DNA of 64,000 nucleotides from an uncultured virus (IMG/VR IMGVR_UViG_3300031974_001836) (IMGVR_UViG_3300031974_001836), one strand, 5' to 3'; positions 34,475-45,137 are shown, numbered from the stretch's first letter. Program-made: numbers and translations. Notes: generated by a model from the sequence alone, not told the origin.

Positions 34475-35996
34475 CTTCTACCGCTCTTATTGGTTTAAGG
34501 TTGATGGGATAGATCTTGTAACTAAACCCTTCCTTAGTATATATCTTGATCCTTTCTGCACTATGTTTCAGAGTAAAATTCTTATGAGACTTGATATGGA
34601 GATCGTCAGCGATATCAATAAGGTTAGTACTCCTACCGTCGTCAGACACACGAAGGCCACGACCAATCGATTGGAGGACTTTAACTTGAGATTTGGACGG
34701 AGTTGCAAATATAATATTGTGCAGATTGCGGATGTTGATGCCAGTGCTGAAAGTGCCCAGAGAAGCAACAATAATAGAGTCATTTTCTTTTTCTACGATG
34801 CCTCGTATTTGTTCTCGATCAGATGCGGCAACCTCTCCGGATACGTAGAAAACTTTACGTCCTTCTGGTGCCGAAGATCTGATCATGTCATATAACACCT
34901 TGCCATGCTTCTCTACAAATTGAAACAAGACCAGAGTGTTACCCTTTTGATCCAATGCAATCTTACTAATGAATCGATTGCGAGGTTCATATGTGACGAT
35001 ATAATCAAGTTCTTCTTGATACGTCTTTTCCTTCATCATGTGACAGATATCGTTGTGGTATCTTAACAACAAGATGGAGATATCCAACTCTGCTAATTGT
35101 TTTGTTTTCTGCAGCTCCACTGTGCGGGTAACAGTGAACGTTGGACCAAACAGTCCTTCTAAGACCAGTTTGTTTGTTTCGGTACCGTCAAGGGTACCTG
35201 TGAGACCAAATCGATATTTGGCATTGATGCATTTGTCCATCATAGTAGTGAGAGACTTTGCTTTGAATAGATGCACCTCATCACCAAAGACAGTCCCAAA
35301 CTGTTCGAACCATTCCTTGCCGAACTTATAGATCGATTGCCACGTGGAGATGATGATGCGTTTGTCTGTTTCTTTCTCTTTACCTGAGTAGATACGATGA
35401 CAGAATTCTTCGACATCGTACCCGTAATCTTCAAAGTCCTTGTACATCTGCTCAACAAGGGAAGTAGTCGGAACGACCACTAATATCTTTTCATTAGTGA
35501 CCTCATAGCAGTACCGAAGCAAGTTATAAATGATAAATGACTTGCCGCTACCAGTAGGACTAAGTAGAATACTGCGTCGATGCTCAATACCGTGTGAAAT
35601 AGCTTTGTACTGATAATCTCTCGGTTTAAAGGGAGCATCAAGTAAAGATAGAAACTCAACCAAAGCAGGGTGATCGATGTCTTCTCTAAAAGACGGGATT
35701 CCGTATGTTTCATGTTCGAGTATCTCAAGTTGATAAAATCTGTCTGCGCAGAATCTACGTAGGTGGGTATACAGTCCTACGTTCATCTGCTTGGTCATTG
35801 AGTTATAGAGTTTGACCTTGCCGTCCCAATGCCTAGACTTGTATGCTGGCATGAACTTATAACCAGGGACGAAGAAGGAGAAGTACTCTCGTAACTCGTT
35901 CTCTTGTGCAGGATGTGCCTCCACCATAAAGTGGGAGTAGTCTTTCATCCTAATACGTATCTTGTTATCCACCAGCCTCGAATCGACGATAATCAA
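34437..35996 (-). CDS. uvsW: DNA helicase UvsW
   Basis: PRDYQ, SPTGSGKS, GDEVH, GLTGT and QSIGRGLR; the true start may be GTG at 35972. Confidence 0.95.
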   Translation of the reverse strand: MIIVDSRLVDNKIRIRMKDYSHFMVEAHPAQENELREYFSFFVPGYKFMPAYKSRHWDGKVKLYNSMTKQMNVGLYTHLRRFCADRFYQLEILEHETYGIPSFREDIDHPALVEFLSLLDAPFKPRDYQYKAISHGIEHRRSILLSPTGSGKSFIIYNLLRYCYEVTNEKILVVVPTTSLVEQMYKDFEDYGYDVEEFCHRIYSGKEKETDKRIIISTWQSIYKFGKEWFEQFGTVFGDEVHLFKAKSLTTMMDKCINAKYRFGLTGTLDGTETNKLVLEGLFGPTFTVTRTVELQKTKQLAELDISILLLRYHNDICHMMKEKTYQEELDYIVTYEPRNRFISKIALDQKGNTLVLFQFVEKHGKVLYDMIRSSAPEGRKVFYVSGEVAASDREQIRGIVEKENDSIIVASLGTFSTGINIRNLHNIIFATPSKSQVKVLQSIGRGLRVSDDGRSTNLIDIADDLHIKSHKNFTLKHSAERIKIYTKEGFSYKIYPINLKPIRAVEDENREYQAPEVD

Positions 35997-36432
35997 TCAT
36001 GTTCTTGATCGTCGAATGCCTCCACTTAATCATGTTAAGAATGTCCGTAAGACTATCTATCTGTGTCTTAAGTGCAACAATTCTGTCTTCAGACCGTTGG
36101 ATCTCTGGATCTGAGTCATAGTAATAGTCCATCTCACCTTTGAGAATTTTTAGACCATTGAACGGATCGGGGTTCCATCCCTTCTCCATCAATTCCTCTT
36201 GATCCATCTTGCCGTTGTAGTATAACCACTTGTCCTTCAACAGCACCTTTTGGGCAGCTTCTGCACGTCGCAGTGCTAACTTAGTCACAGTCAAATACTC
36301 TAAGTACTTGGCATGCAGACTAGGAATCTGCCGTGATGTTTCATCTAGTTGGTGGACAGGAATCGTAGAGTCCTGATCCCACTCTTTCAGTATACCTTCT
36401 ATATTAAGCACAGTGTCACTCACAGTTATCAC
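35965..36432 (-). CDS. uvsY: recombination mediator UvsY
   Basis: IPSLHAKYL, KWLYYNGK and IKNMIDYRRFEAG. Confidence 0.9.
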   Translation of the reverse strand: MITVSDTVLNIEGILKEWDQDSTIPVHQLDETSRQIPSLHAKYLEYLTVTKLALRRAEAAQKVLLKDKWLYYNGKMDQEELMEKGWNPDPFNGLKILKGEMDYYYDSDPEIQRSEDRIVALKTQIDSLTDILNMIKWRHSTIKNMIDYRRFEAGG

Positions 36433-36446
36433 AAACCTCCATTATA

Positions 36447-37094
36447 TCATATATTAGTGACGTAATCAATACAATCTTGCCAATAATCTGTGTTATGCCC
36501 AAGGACGTAACTCAGAGTCATTCTCCAGCAGTTGGTACATGCGGCATGGTAGACCACATCGTCAGAACCATAGGCACCGAAGTAACCGGCCTTCAGGTTC
36601 CATCCTGCTTCGTCTTGCACTGTCACTAGTTCCGAAGTCTTGGGGTCAATATATTTGAACCACCCGTCTCCGGTCTCTGACCATGTGAAGATCAGATTAT
36701 GTGCAGACGCATTCGCATTGTTGTGCCACCCAATAAATCCACCAGGGGGATACAACTGCGAAAGTGCACTAGTCTCTACTCCTAACTCCGACCGGAGTTT
36801 GAAGTCAAGTGTCACCCATGTATCACGATATTCGGATGGTATCTCTCCCCTGTAATGATCTGGTTTGATGGGGTGAGAGTATCCGTTAGAAGCACTGCCG
36901 TCATGGTCTTCACCCATATTGACGATCCTGTGCATTTCAGTTTCATCCGTATACTGATCTGCCATACCCTTCTGCTCTGGTGCCAGAGGTGGGTTGGTGT
37001 TCTCGGGTTGAAACCTCTCCCGATAAGTATACCGAAACTCTTCAAGAATATCAAGAACCGATTGATTCCTGATAGCAAATTTTGTCAAACTCAT
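36447..37094 (-). CDS. 2OG-Fe(II) oxygenase-like protein, HxN family, paralog 2
   Basis: YPPGGFIGWHNN...FTWSETGDG...YFG...YHAA...RMTLSY. Confidence 0.65.
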   Translation of the reverse strand: MSLTKFAIRNQSVLDILEEFRYTYRERFQPENTNPPLAPEQKGMADQYTDETEMHRIVNMGEDHDGSASNGYSHPIKPDHYRGEIPSEYRDTWVTLDFKLRSELGVETSALSQLYPPGGFIGWHNNANASAHNLIFTWSETGDGWFKYIDPKTSELVTVQDEAGWNLKAGYFGAYGSDDVVYHAACTNCWRMTLSYVLGHNTDYWQDCIDYVTNI

Positions 37095-37558
37095 ACGAAG
37101 TGGAATTCAGAGAACCTAAATGACGCATCGAAAGTGAGGTACTGAACGTCACCTGTGGTAGACGACAGTTCGAGTGAACCTACTCCCGTCGGTATGCAGT
37201 TCTTGTACCGCATGGTTGCACATAAATTGTTGTGACTTGTTAGTACAATAACGGTGATGTCTTTGTGTATCCCATCAAGAGTCTTGTATACACAATCCTC
37301 TAACCACCTCTGTAGTTCTTGATATGACGCAAGATCCTCATCAAGGATTAACTGCATTGTCAATTCACCATAGTTGATAGTATCGCCTGGCATAGGTAAA
37401 CCGGACACACGTGGTACTGGTACCTCTACAGCATTCACTGTGGAACCGGGATGAGTCACTGCTTGCGCAAAAAACTCTAGGTTCCCATACTCTTCACGTT
37501 CAACAAGGACACGAAATCCTGTCGGTTGCAAAAAGTTCTTGTTCTCTGTTAAACTCAT
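37091..37558 (-). CDS. gp3: tail completion/tube terminator (gp3-like)
   Basis: NFLQPTGF, PGDTINYGEL, LDEDL..Y.EL..W; late promoter upstream. Confidence 0.85.
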   Translation of the reverse strand: MSLTENKNFLQPTGFRVLVEREEYGNLEFFAQAVTHPGSTVNAVEVPVPRVSGLPMPGDTINYGELTMQLILDEDLASYQELQRWLEDCVYKTLDGIHKDITVIVLTSHNNLCATMRYKNCIPTGVGSLELSSTTGDVQYLTFDASFRFSEFHFV

Positions 37559-37576
37559 AATATACTCCTTTCATCT

Positions 37577-37584
37577 TATTTATA
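37577..37584 (-). promoter_or_regulatory. T4-type late promoter
   Basis: TATAAATA. Confidence 0.8.
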
Positions 37585-37587
37585 CAC

Positions 37588-37614
37588 AAAAAAAGGGAGA
37601 CCGAAGTCTCCCCT
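37588..37614 (-). terminator. intrinsic terminator after gp23
   Basis: GGGAGAC-TTCG-GTCTCCC-T7; identical to 49704-49730. Confidence 0.9.
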
Positions 37615-37642
37615 AAAAATGACTATTGTATAGTTCTTTTTA

Positions 37643-38986
37643 TTATGAGCTAGCAACCATTAGGTTGTCAACACGGAAGATGCGGTAGTAAGTGTTCTTA
37701 CCAGCAGTCGCTGCCATGTTGTGTAGACCGGATGAGTTATCACCGAATACGAATGGGTTAACTGCCATGCCGTAACGAGTCTTGAAACCAATGCGAGGTT
37801 GGAATGTATCTTCTGCAACTGCCTTGACCATCTGTAGTGGTACGTATGGGCAGTAGAACATACCTGCGTCATATGGGTTAGTACCCTTATAACCGACAGT
37901 GATGAAGTCCTGAGTTGCGTATGGATCGATGAATACACGGATACGACCGTTTAGAGTACCAACAAAAGTGTTGCCAGTATCATCGATTGACATGCCAGAA
38001 CCTGCAGTGTAGTCAAGTTGACCAGAAGCAGCTAGAGCAGTCGCAACGTCTGAAGAACAGATTACGATGTTACCCTTACCACGACGTGTTGCTTTTGCGA
38101 TTGCGTTTGCTTCACGTTCGATTTGGACTGCTAGTCCCTTGAACTTCTCTGCCGACCAACGACCATCTGCGTCAGTTGTTAGGTCGAATGCACCCTTGAC
38201 AGCAACTGATTGCTGTTGTGCACCTAGGATTGCCTGTGTGTTGATCGTACGAACGATCTCACGGTTGATCTCTGCTAGAATCTCTGTAGACAGAATGTTT
38301 GCTAGTTCTGTCTCTGCGTCAAGACCGTGGATTGCTTTTAGGTCTTGTGCTAGTTCTAGTGAGTACTCAGCACGTAGTGCACGTGACTTTGCTTCAACTG
38401 AAGTCTTTTCGATCGAGAATGACATCTCGTTGAATTGACCACCGTTACCACCAGCACCAAGTGCTTCTGCTTCACTAGTACCCATTGGACGACCCATAGT
38501 GTCGACTACCTGAGATGGAGATGCAGTTGGATCTACTGGATCAAATGCAGATAGACCAGATGGATCACCTGACTGTGAAGATGTGTCCTTACCAGAGAAT
38601 GCTGAATCTGGTTCTTGTAGACCTAGTGCTTCTGCACCTTGGTTACCGTACTTAGAACGCATTGCAAAGATTAGACCAGTTGGACCAGACATTGGCTGGA
38701 CACCACATAGGTCATATGCCATTAGGTTTGGCATTGCACGACGTACTAGTGAGATTAGGATTGGATCCCAATTGTTAACGTTGCCACCAGTTGAGTTAGT
38801 TGGAGCAGCTTCTGTCATGAAACCAGCAGATGCTTGACGCTCTTCCATGATAGCACGTTCTTGGTTTTCTAGGACCGCTGCCGTAACTGCTTTACGGTGG
38901 TGATCTTTGATTGATCCCGCAGACTCTTCATTAAGAACTGGAGACCACTTTTCGATCAACTGATCGAATGATTGGTTGTTGTTCAT
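37643..38986 (-). CDS. gp23: major capsid protein (gp23)
   Basis: KWSPVL, LVRRAMPNL, GVQPMSGPTGLIFAMR, ELAQDLKAIHGLDAE, FYCPYVPL and GFKTRYG. Confidence 0.98.
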   Translation of the reverse strand: MNNNQSFDQLIEKWSPVLNEESAGSIKDHHRKAVTAAVLENQERAIMEERQASAGFMTEAAPTNSTGGNVNNWDPILISLVRRAMPNLMAYDLCGVQPMSGPTGLIFAMRSKYGNQGAEALGLQEPDSAFSGKDTSSQSGDPSGLSAFDPVDPTASPSQVVDTMGRPMGTSEAEALGAGGNGGQFNEMSFSIEKTSVEAKSRALRAEYSLELAQDLKAIHGLDAETELANILSTEILAEINREIVRTINTQAILGAQQQSVAVKGAFDLTTDADGRWSAEKFKGLAVQIEREANAIAKATRRGKGNIVICSSDVATALAASGQLDYTAGSGMSIDDTGNTFVGTLNGRIRVFIDPYATQDFITVGYKGTNPYDAGMFYCPYVPLQMVKAVAEDTFQPRIGFKTRYGMAVNPFVFGDNSSGLHNMAATAGKNTYYRIFRVDNLMVASS

Positions 38987-39001
38987 TGCTTTAATTCCTT
39001 A

Positions 39002-40048
39002 TTACTTAGAGGATTTACGTAGAGCAGTGATGTAGTTCTCCATGATAGAGGATACTTCTACTTCGTCGTCAGCTTCTTCAGAAACTGATTCTTCAATTTG
39101 CTCTGGGATTTCTTTAGAGAAGTAAGACTCCTTGACAGTGTTAACCTTAGTTACGAAAGAATCTTCGTCTTCAAAGTCAACGTTCTCAAGTAGTGCACTT
39201 AGTTTCTCTGCTTGGGTGTCTGCTAGATCACGAGATGCCTCGGCAATGATAGCATTGCGCTTATAGGTTTCTAGTTCTTCAGCAAGGGAGATTGCGTCAC
39301 CTGTAGTTGAGTTTAGACGTTCCTCTAACTCTTCTACCTGTGTTGCAAGATCATCAACTAGGTCTAACTTGGTTTCTGGGACTTCGATGTAAGACTCTAC
39401 GAATAGGTTCTTCATGCCAGTCATGAAAGTTTCTGCAATCTCTGTACGTAGACCGTTTTCGATTGCTAGACGGTTTTCTTCCATCCAAGATTCAACTACA
39501 TAGTTTAGATATGAATCGACTTTACCTACTAGGTCAGTCTTGATAGTTTCAACTTCTTCAGCAAGTTCTTCAGTGTACTGCTCTTCAAGACGTGCTACTT
39601 CTGCCGATACCTTAGACTTTACAGCAGCTTCGAAAATAATCGAAGTCTTCTGCTTGAATTCTTCTGATAATGTTGCTTCACCTTCTACGATCGCAGATAG
39701 TTCTGCCGCCGTATCTAGTTCTTCATCATCTTCTAGGTCAAAAGATTCTTCTAGGTCAAACATTCTACCATATGCCGCAGTCAACTCTTCTTTCTTCATC
39801 TTTGATGTTTTCATCATGATGTCGTTGACCATTGCAGCCTTAGTCTTAGGTTTTGGTGGTGCAGTCTTCGAAGTGCTCTTCGCTGCTTTGTCTACCGATG
39901 CAATCGACTCTGGTTCAGTAGTCGCATCTGCGTCTGGTTTGCCTTTTGCTGCAGGAGCTTTCGCTTCTTCGAGAGTTTCCTCCACGACTTCGTTTGTTTC
40001 AACATCTAGTTCGCGGATTTCACCTTCTACTTGATTTAAATCAGTCAT
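39002..40048 (-). CDS. gp22: prohead core scaffold (gp22)
   Basis: Acidic coiled coil, FEAAV and VDSYLNYVVESW; synteny. Confidence 0.93.
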   Translation of the reverse strand: MTDLNQVEGEIRELDVETNEVVEETLEEAKAPAAKGKPDADATTEPESIASVDKAAKSTSKTAPPKPKTKAAMVNDIMMKTSKMKKEELTAAYGRMFDLEESFDLEDDEELDTAAELSAIVEGEATLSEEFKQKTSIIFEAAVKSKVSAEVARLEEQYTEELAEEVETIKTDLVGKVDSYLNYVVESWMEENRLAIENGLRTEIAETFMTGMKNLFVESYIEVPETKLDLVDDLATQVEELEERLNSTTGDAISLAEELETYKRNAIIAEASRDLADTQAEKLSALLENVDFEDEDSFVTKVNTVKESYFSKEIPEQIEESVSEEADDEVEVSSIMENYITALRKSSK

Positions 40049-40057
40049 AGTGACTCC

Positions 40058-40717
40058 TTATAGTTTAGATTTGATTAACGAGAGGAAATTTTTGAACTCC
40101 CGAATCTGCACTTCAGGTCGATGTGCTTTCGGTGCTTGCTTAATTTCAGTCTCTATCTCTTCAATGACTTGAGGTTGAAGTATTCCATTATTCCAGACCC
40201 AATCGACACCTTCCATAATCCCATTAACAAATGCTTCCGGTGCTGAAGGATCTTGCACGATATCTACCGTACTAAGAATAAAATCTTCTTTGACGTACAT
40301 TGCGCCATTTTTTCTCTCAAGACTTCCCATTCCACGAGTTGACACACCTAGTTGAACACCACCCTCTAAGAGACCTTTCACTATCTGACCCATTGGGGTG
40401 TCCAATATCTGTGCCTTTCCAACCACATCATTACCTTCAAGTTTTAGGTCTGTGATGAGGTGAGAAACTTTATCAAGGTTAACGGTTGGACCTTCAGGGT
40501 GATTCAATTCACCTACTGCCCTTTTCTTGCTAACCTGATCTTCAACGTACTTACTTACCGCTGCTTCCATTACTGGTTTAGGGTAAATACGTCCGTTACG
40601 ATTCTTTTGTTCTGCCTGAGCAAATACACCTTCAATGACATGCCTTTTACTACCATCATCTTTTGATTCAACGATGCATTGTATGTCAGTTTCTACGTAT
40701 TCACTGATCAGTTTCAT
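40058..40717 (-). CDS. gp21: prohead protease (gp21)
   Basis: KNRNGRIY, GELNHP, GVSTRGMGS and DIVQDPSAP. Confidence 0.96.
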   Translation of the reverse strand: MKLISEYVETDIQCIVESKDDGSKRHVIEGVFAQAEQKNRNGRIYPKPVMEAAVSKYVEDQVSKKRAVGELNHPEGPTVNLDKVSHLITDLKLEGNDVVGKAQILDTPMGQIVKGLLEGGVQLGVSTRGMGSLERKNGAMYVKEDFILSTVDIVQDPSAPEAFVNGIMEGVDWVWNNGILQPQVIEEIETEIKQAPKAHRPEVQIREFKNFLSLIKSKL

Positions 40718-40718
40718 T

Positions 40719-40916
40719 TTACTTTCCTAAGTCCTTTAAGACTTGCTTTGCGGTCGACTCCGCTTCTTTCTGTGACTTAAACGTATCGACAGAGTCTCCG
40801 TCGATTGCTAGATGGAAACCCTTTGCAGTTTTTGTAATGACAACAGGATAACCGGACATTTTCTTCTTAAAAACGACCTTATCCTTTGCCTCTCTAATTT
40901 CTTTAAAAGATTTCAC
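40719..40916 (-). CDS. small prohead core/internal protein
   Basis: MKSFKEIRE leader; positioned before gp21 with a late promoter upstream. Confidence 0.7.
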   Translation of the reverse strand: MKSFKEIREAKDKVVFKKKMSGYPVVITKTAKGFHLAIDGDSVDTFKSQKEAESTAKQVLKDLGK

Positions 40917-40936
40917 AACTAGACCTCTTTACAGGG

Positions 40937-40944
40937 TATTTATA
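40937..40944 (-). promoter_or_regulatory. T4-type late promoter
   Basis: TATAAATA. Confidence 0.8.
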
Positions 40945-40956
40945 CATGAAAAGTTT

Positions 40957-41301
40957 TTAACCGTCATTTTCGTCGAATTCAGACGATTCGTCACCGAAAT
41001 CTTCTGCTTCGGACCCGAATTCTACATCTTCGAAGCTGTCGTCTTCTAGGTCTACTTCACCGTCTTCTAGTTCCGCAGCAGGTTCTTCGTCTGCTTCAAC
41101 ACCATTGAAGATCTGGTCTGCAATGTCAACCTTATATGCGTCCAACGACTGAGCAACCTTGTCTCCAAGGATGTTATTAAAGGTATCGTTTGCCCCATTG
41201 AAGTCTTGACCCTGTAGAGCATTGATTAAATCCATCACTGGATTCGATTCAACCTCTGCTTCGACCTCATTGTCTAGTTCTAAATTTTCTGCTTCACTCA
41301 T
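40957..41301 (-). CDS. prohead core protein (gp67-like)
   Basis: Highly acidic small protein after the portal gene. Confidence 0.7.
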   Translation of the reverse strand: MSEAENLELDNEVEAEVESNPVMDLINALQGQDFNGANDTFNNILGDKVAQSLDAYKVDIADQIFNGVEADEEPAAELEDGEVDLEDDSFEDVEFGSEAEDFGDESSEFDENDG

Positions 41302-41384
41302 AATTTTCTCCTACTTTTTCACCATCATCGTATTGATCAGTCTGACCGTCCCAATTCAAGTCGGACTGCTCTGCCATTTTTTCT

Positions 41385-42905
41385 TTAAACGTCATCGTCT
41401 TGATCCTGATCATCATCTCCACCTGAAGCACCTGCCTCGGTTTCAATCTCCTTGACCATTTCCTCGATGTCTTTTTCATCGAGCATCAAGACGTTCTTCA
41501 TGACCCATGTTCGTGAGAAGTACTCCCCCACGTAACCGGAAATCTGATCCATAGATGCTAAACGTTCACGCAGTATCTCTGCGTCCTTCATTTCTACAAA
41601 GTGGTTATCACGAGAGAAGTCTACCTGTAGATCATTCTTCCACGTTTCCCAATCTTGTTCAGTACATATACCTTTCAGTAGACACTGCTTTTTCAGGATG
41701 CCTAAGAACAGATGCGAAAACTTCTTGCGTAGTCGATCGATAAACTTCTGGAACTTAACTTCGTCACGGTTGATCTCCTGAGTACGACCCAAGGAGAACT
41801 GTGCCTCTTGCTCCAAACGATTAAGAGGTACGTTCAGTGAACGGTATAACTTCTTTTGGAAATAAATGATGTCGTCGATCTGACCAAGGTTTTCACCGCC
41901 TGGCAGTGTACTGATCTCTGTTCCTCGACCACCCTCACGACGTGGTAACCAGAAGTCCTCAAGCATCGACATGTGCTTGCGGTCGTCTTTGATTTCTCCG
42001 GATGATGCGTCGTAAACAATCTTGTTGCGATATCGAGACATGATGTCTTTGATGTGCTGTTCTGCCTTACCCTTTGGTAGGTTACCTACGTCGATATAAA
42101 AGATACGACGTTCTGGTGCACGAGACATACGGTAGATGACCAATGAATCTTCCATCATACGCAATTGGTTGACGGGTTTCATTGCCTTCTGTAGATAGGA
42201 TAGTACTCTCTTCTTTGATGAGTCGAGCACTCCGGAAGTGACATAGGAGACTGAGTCTGCACTTAGTTTAACACCAGATGCAGTACCTTGCTTCTCTTGA
42301 TATAGGTAAAACTCATTTATCTTATCGACAAGTTTGGCACCTGTTTTGGCATCTTTCCTATACTTGACTTCCTTTACTTTACGGACCTTGGTTGCATCAA
42401 TTGGTCGAACTTCCTGAATACCTGCTTTTAGGTTGCTTTCGTTCACCACAAGGTGGTGGTAAAGTCGACCGTCAACATACCAAGACCTGAAGATGTCGTG
42501 ACCATGCTCTTCGAAATTAAGCATAGAAACAACACCGTCAAATTCTTCTGAGAGTGTCTTCTTGATTTTATCGGATGCTTCAACCTTCTCTGTGTTCAGA
42601 GTCACCGTGCTTTCCATTTCGGAAGAGACGATTGCTTCGTTGATGATATCCTCGATTGCCGCATCACACTCGGGATGCTCTGCCAAGATTCGATATTTCT
42701 TGATTAGATCGACATTGTCTTTTGCCGCAGTACCTTCTAGGTCTACGTATTGTCCAAAGTACGATCCTGAGGCGGTAACATACCCAGCACCATCTTCATC
42801 GATTTTAGGTACAATCGATGGTGCCTTCTTATCCTCTTCATTCCCCTTTCCAACTCTCTTGAGTTCGAATCCGAATGCTTGAAAAATGTTGTTGTTGTCT
42901 GCCAT
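41385..42905 (-). CDS. gp20: portal protein (gp20)
   Basis: WYVDGRL, QLRMMEDSLVIYRMSRAPERRIFYIDVGNLP and EDFWLPRREGGRGTEI. Confidence 0.98.
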   Translation of the reverse strand: MADNNNIFQAFGFELKRVGKGNEEDKKAPSIVPKIDEDGAGYVTASGSYFGQYVDLEGTAAKDNVDLIKKYRILAEHPECDAAIEDIINEAIVSSEMESTVTLNTEKVEASDKIKKTLSEEFDGVVSMLNFEEHGHDIFRSWYVDGRLYHHLVVNESNLKAGIQEVRPIDATKVRKVKEVKYRKDAKTGAKLVDKINEFYLYQEKQGTASGVKLSADSVSYVTSGVLDSSKKRVLSYLQKAMKPVNQLRMMEDSLVIYRMSRAPERRIFYIDVGNLPKGKAEQHIKDIMSRYRNKIVYDASSGEIKDDRKHMSMLEDFWLPRREGGRGTEISTLPGGENLGQIDDIIYFQKKLYRSLNVPLNRLEQEAQFSLGRTQEINRDEVKFQKFIDRLRKKFSHLFLGILKKQCLLKGICTEQDWETWKNDLQVDFSRDNHFVEMKDAEILRERLASMDQISGYVGEYFSRTWVMKNVLMLDEKDIEEMVKEIETEAGASGGDDDQDQDDDV

Positions 42906-42929
42906 ACATTCCTCTAATAATAAAGTATG

Positions 42930-42963
42930 GGGGGAGATTACTCTCCCCCGTCAATTACTTATA
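42930..42963 (-). promoter_or_regulatory. late promoter variant (TATAAGTA) followed by a GC hairpin
   Basis: TATAAGTA at 42956-42963; GGGGGAGA/TCTCCCCC stem. Confidence 0.55.
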
Positions 42964-42969
42964 CCACTA

Positions 42970-43494
42970 TTAACTAGTTGTATTTGACTCCCAGTATTGG
43001 ATAGCAAAAGTCATTTCGAACTCTTCGATAGCATCGTTGCCGTCGTAAGATAGTTCGATCGCACCAATAGACGTAGGGAATGCACCACGGAAATCGTATC
43101 TCTTCAATACACTTCCGTCTTTGTCCAATTGCTCTACGACCATATCTGCTTGATAAAGAACAGGGTTAGTAAGACCAGTATTCGCACTGTGTGCGTTGAT
43201 GCCGTTCATCCAACGTTCCATTGCATTACGTACTTCGAAACCAGTGTCGTTGATTGCAGTAACTGTCCAGTCCTCAAATGTACGATCACCAGCAATCTTA
43301 AGGACACGACCACGGAATGGTACGTCGACAGAAGCTACTGTTGATGCTGGTAACTGAGACCCTTTGCACATGAATGATGTTAGTTCTGAATCACCACCTG
43401 CGTATAGAGGGAAGTTCATGATGACACGGAATAGATTACCACGTGCACCACCACCCTTTAGTTTTGCTTTAAAATCGTCTACTCTTAATGACAT
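42970..43494 (-). CDS. gp19: tail tube protein (gp19)
   Basis: GGARGNLF, FRGRVLKIAGDRTFEDW and FPTSIGAIELSY. Confidence 0.95.
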   Translation of the reverse strand: MSLRVDDFKAKLKGGGARGNLFRVIMNFPLYAGGDSELTSFMCKGSQLPASTVASVDVPFRGRVLKIAGDRTFEDWTVTAINDTGFEVRNAMERWMNGINAHSANTGLTNPVLYQADMVVEQLDKDGSVLKRYDFRGAFPTSIGAIELSYDGNDAIEEFEMTFAIQYWESNTTS

Positions 43495-43505
43495 GATAAT
43501 TCTCC

Positions 43506-45137
43506 TTATACCTGTCCGACGACTTCTTCAAACTCGACACCAGATCTGACTGCTACGAAGTTTAGAGTTACGTAGTTAACAGAACGTGCTGGTTTGATAA
43601 AGCAAGATGCAATGAATTCGTTGCGGTCAACAACTTCTGGTGTGTTGTTAGTTTCGTCACATACAACACGGAAGTCGGTGATACCACGACGACCTTGGAT
43701 TTCACGTAGGAAAGGTTCTACGATGTTTGTGAACTCTGCACGAGTGAAGTCGTCGTTCAATTCGAACAACACACTCTTTGCCGCTTCACCGATCGCACGT
43801 TCAATAACTAGGAACATACGACGTACGTTGATGCGGTCAAACGCAGATGGACGTGATAGTGCAGTCTTGTCACCGAATAGTACGGTGCCTTGACCAGGCA
43901 TAGAAACGATTGGGTTTACACGTGCCTTGTACATTACGTCACGGTCAGACATTGTTGGGTTGAACGACAGTGCTGATACACCGAAGTATTGACCACGACG
44001 TGTGCCTGCTGGTGAGAACCAAGGTGCCGATGCATCGTCAGATGCAGCCATGATGCCAGCAGTTGTAGAACATGCAGGGATCATTACATATTGGTCACTG
44101 TACTTGTTGTAAACCTGAACGTGGTTTCCGTCCATGATTAGATAGGACGATGATGGTTGAACGTTTGCCCAACTCGTAACGTCTTCTACAGACGAAGGTG
44201 CTACGTCTGGAGACGCAACAACAACACAGTCCATGCGACGTTCTGCAATAGCAATAACATCTGATAGGTCTGCTTGACTTACGTTGTGTGCTACTAGGAA
44301 ATCGACTTGGATTAAATCTTTGTCTCCGTATGCGGCATCTAGTGCGACAGATGCTTTAACAGCAGTACCGTTTTCACCATTTGTTAATGGGGTTTCACCA
44401 GTGCTGATACTTGCTGGATCACCAGTAACCGATACCCAAGATGAACCACGCATTGCTTCAGTGATAGTCTGAGACTCACCTGTAACACCGTCGAAAGATG
44501 TTGATAGTTTAACATAAGAATATGTTTCAACAACATCTCCGTCAACAGTTACGACAACGTGACGTTCGTCAGAATCTGGTGCTGAAGTGAATAGACTAGC
44601 AAACTGCCATCCATCTGTTGAGGCATCTACTGCTTGAGTTTCATAGATAGGTTTAGTAGGATCGTCTACAGAAACACCATCGGAGTCAAGCATCTGTTCA
44701 AATAGAAGATTTCCATCTGCATCTGTTGCTTGAACATCGGTGTTTACTGTAACGGTTGCTGTTGTAGTATCTGCCCAATGAGCAGTATCACATACGTGAA
44801 CTGTAATTTTGTTGCCGTAGGTACCCACGTGCTTTGCTGTAAAAATTCCCCCAGTCGCTGCCGATGCACCTTCACCTGCTGCACGTGCTACGAATGCGGA
44901 ACCTGAATACTTTAGGAATTGAGTGATTGCTAAGAAATCCTTAGCATCCCCACCATCCCTTGGTGACCCGAATTTACTGACCAGTTCTTCCTCTGTACCG
45001 ACTAGAACTGGAGTAGTTGGGCCCCATGCGAAATCTCCAACGAACGCTGCTGTCGTAGAAGTGACACCAGGGATAGAACCTGATAGGTCAATTTCTTTGA
45101 CTGTTACGTTAGGAGACTCTGATCTTAAGAGAGCCAT
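43506..45137 (-). CDS. gp18: tail sheath protein (gp18)
   Basis: SPNVTVKEIDL, PWFSPAG, GDKT, FDRINVRR and CDETNN. Confidence 0.96.
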   Translation of the reverse strand: MALLRSESPNVTVKEIDLSGSIPGVTSTTAAFVGDFAWGPTTPVLVGTEEELVSKFGSPRDGGDAKDFLAITQFLKYSGSAFVARAAGEGASAATGGIFTAKHVGTYGNKITVHVCDTAHWADTTTATVTVNTDVQATDADGNLLFEQMLDSDGVSVDDPTKPIYETQAVDASTDGWQFASLFTSAPDSDERHVVVTVDGDVVETYSYVKLSTSFDGVTGESQTITEAMRGSSWVSVTGDPASISTGETPLTNGENGTAVKASVALDAAYGDKDLIQVDFLVAHNVSQADLSDVIAIAERRMDCVVVASPDVAPSSVEDVTSWANVQPSSSYLIMDGNHVQVYNKYSDQYVMIPACSTTAGIMAASDDASAPWFSPAGTRRGQYFGVSALSFNPTMSDRDVMYKARVNPIVSMPGQGTVLFGDKTALSRPSAFDRINVRRMFLVIERAIGEAAKSVLFELNDDFTRAEFTNIVEPFLREIQGRRGITDFRVVCDETNNTPEVVDRNEFIASCFIKPARSVNYVTLNFVAVRSGVEFEEVVGQV

